A program made the translations under genes and the position numbers. The notes under the pieces are model-generated. The model made no database searches, had not been told where the DNA came from, and was given only the letters and a program-made list of their open reading frames with translations. A DNA stretch of 64,000 nucleotides from Botryllus schlosseri (taxonomy: Eukaryota): the NCBI GenBank assembly GCA_051294905.1, contig CM119376.1, positions 25,234,001 to 25,298,000 on the forward strand, given 5' to 3'. Positions 62,302 to 64,000 of this stretch are shown one piece after another. Position 1 is the stretch's first letter; every line of letters starts with the position of its first letter.

Positions 62302-64000
62302 CTGTACGGAAAAACGAGGAAGGCAGAACTAAGCGCGAGGTCGACATTAAAAACAAAACAAGCGACAAACAAACTCGAAGCAAAAAAGATTAGTGAACAT
62401 CAAACACATACAGAGCGATCGTCTTTTCATTCTGAACGCTACCGACTACAGAAAGATTTGAGCTACAATTTTTCAGACAAATCCAGATATGGCTTGGAGC
62501 CACAAACGAGTTATTGCGAAATCAAGGCAAAAATTTCATTTCATGTCATATTCCATGTTATCCACGCATCAAATTCGAGAGAGCAACTGGAAAAGAACAT
62601 GCCATTGCTGCATCACAATTTGGTCGGGTGACAGACCAGGTCCAGGCAGCGAAAGCTATTGCATACAACAGGCTGCTATTGCATACAACAGACAACAGGA
62701 CAGGGACATGATGAACACCGAACACGCAACAGTTCTTTTACATGTAGCGCCGGCAGCATATCAAAACCTCTCAAGGCTCAAGGCTGATTATTCAAAAAAC
62801 ATATAATATAAAGCCAGATCGCCTGTCGCAACTGGCTGGAGATATAATTCGCTCAAGCACGATCAGATTTGGTATGTGCCACAATTCTAAAATACCCTGA
62901 GAACAGTTGGTGAGGAAGGCGCAAATTGTGGTTCAAATGTAGCACAACAACGACTACAATCTAGGTGTCGTGCTAGGCGGAAGGTATCACCCAGCTAACA
63001 GCTATGTGTGTACTGTGTATGTTAATGAGAAGAAAAGTTAGCGGAAGACTTGACGAAATTTAATCGGACAAACTGCATAATTCCTAATTTCTTGCATTTC
63101 TCAAAATTGAGACAGAGAGAATGAAAGAGTTGAGACGGAGAACAGACATATTTATCTGTATACTTTCACTGAACACATTGCACAGACAACTACATAATAG
63201 AACAGGCGTATGAAACGATTATCTTGCAGTTGCAGAGACATCGAAGAGGCAAGTTAAATTGAAATACAGGAGTAATATGTATCAGAACCTAGCTGAAGTA
63301 CTCGCACAACCAGCGCAGTTGACAGTACAGCACAACAAACAAACAAACACAGCATTCAGAGCACAAGGACTAATCCGGTAGATCGAAAACCAACATTTAG
63401 TGCATCGTCAGAATAAAATTATATTTCACTGGGAATGACGATGTGATCTACATCTGGCAAGAGACAACGTCAGCAGCTGGTTACAGTCTTACAGCATTTA
63501 GATTCATTTAACTGGGGCGAATATTAGAGACAATTCAGTCGATTCATTGGAAGATGTCAATCACTTGTATATTATAAGCCTAGTTATCAGAGTTTTTACA
63601 GCTAAAACCTGAACTAAATCTACTGCATGACCAAGATTCCACTGATATGAGTCATTATTCAAAATACAAAACCCGTACAAGTCATACATCCTGATCCTCA
63701 CAAGGGCACACCGTCATCCTTGCAATACATGCTACCTCAATCTAGATGTGCATGCAGCTAATGGTTATGACAACAACGGTGGCAATCCCAAATCAAAACC
63801 AGTTTCAACACGTGCGCCAGACCCTTGCTATGTGAAATTCACAAGTGCATTCACGGTGACCAAGTATTAGTGCTATGGTATACTGGTATAGCACATCAAA
63901 ATCAAATAGACAGGTTAGCACACTTATTGTAGTGAAAATTCATTTGACCGATTGACCTTCCAGCTACATAAGAGAGATGTTACGTTGAGCTACATAAAGC

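Noticed and set aside
62072-62383. 103-aa ORF listed over the ACTR2 exon
   Set aside because: Wrong frame; the true Arp2 frame is 62137-62301.

Overview
Animal genomic DNA: AT-rich, GT-AG introns, probably an invertebrate deuterostome. An ascidian is my tentative guess, inferred from one undivided Pax1/9-type gene, a divergent BarH homeodomain and dense MITEs. Four spliced genes can be built by hand: SLC25A21 mitochondrial 2-oxodicarboxylate carrier (+, 10 coding exons, 3480-13836), Pax1/9 (-, convergent with SLC25A21, 16769-24771), a BarH-like homeobox gene (+, 53500-57827) and the last exon of ACTR2/Arp2 (-, 62137-62301). About 29 kb with no gene I could recognise separates the divergently transcribed Pax1/9 and BarH. 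Highlights: (1) a complete 1761-bp Mag-type LTR element with identical 135-bp LTRs whose single ORF fuses a Gag N-terminus in frame to an intact DD35E integrase and lacks PR/RT/RNaseH; (2) the Pax1/9-SLC25A21 tail-to-tail linkage known from the deuterostome pharyngeal gene cluster, here with a 71-bp SLC25A21 intron 1 and BarH, not Nkx2, as the next gene found upstream of Pax1/9; (3) a MITE whose 8-bp target-site duplication copies the BarH intron-1 splice donor; (4) a three-level nested insertion and many hAT-like and foldback MITEs. Everything was read by eye; no database searches were run.
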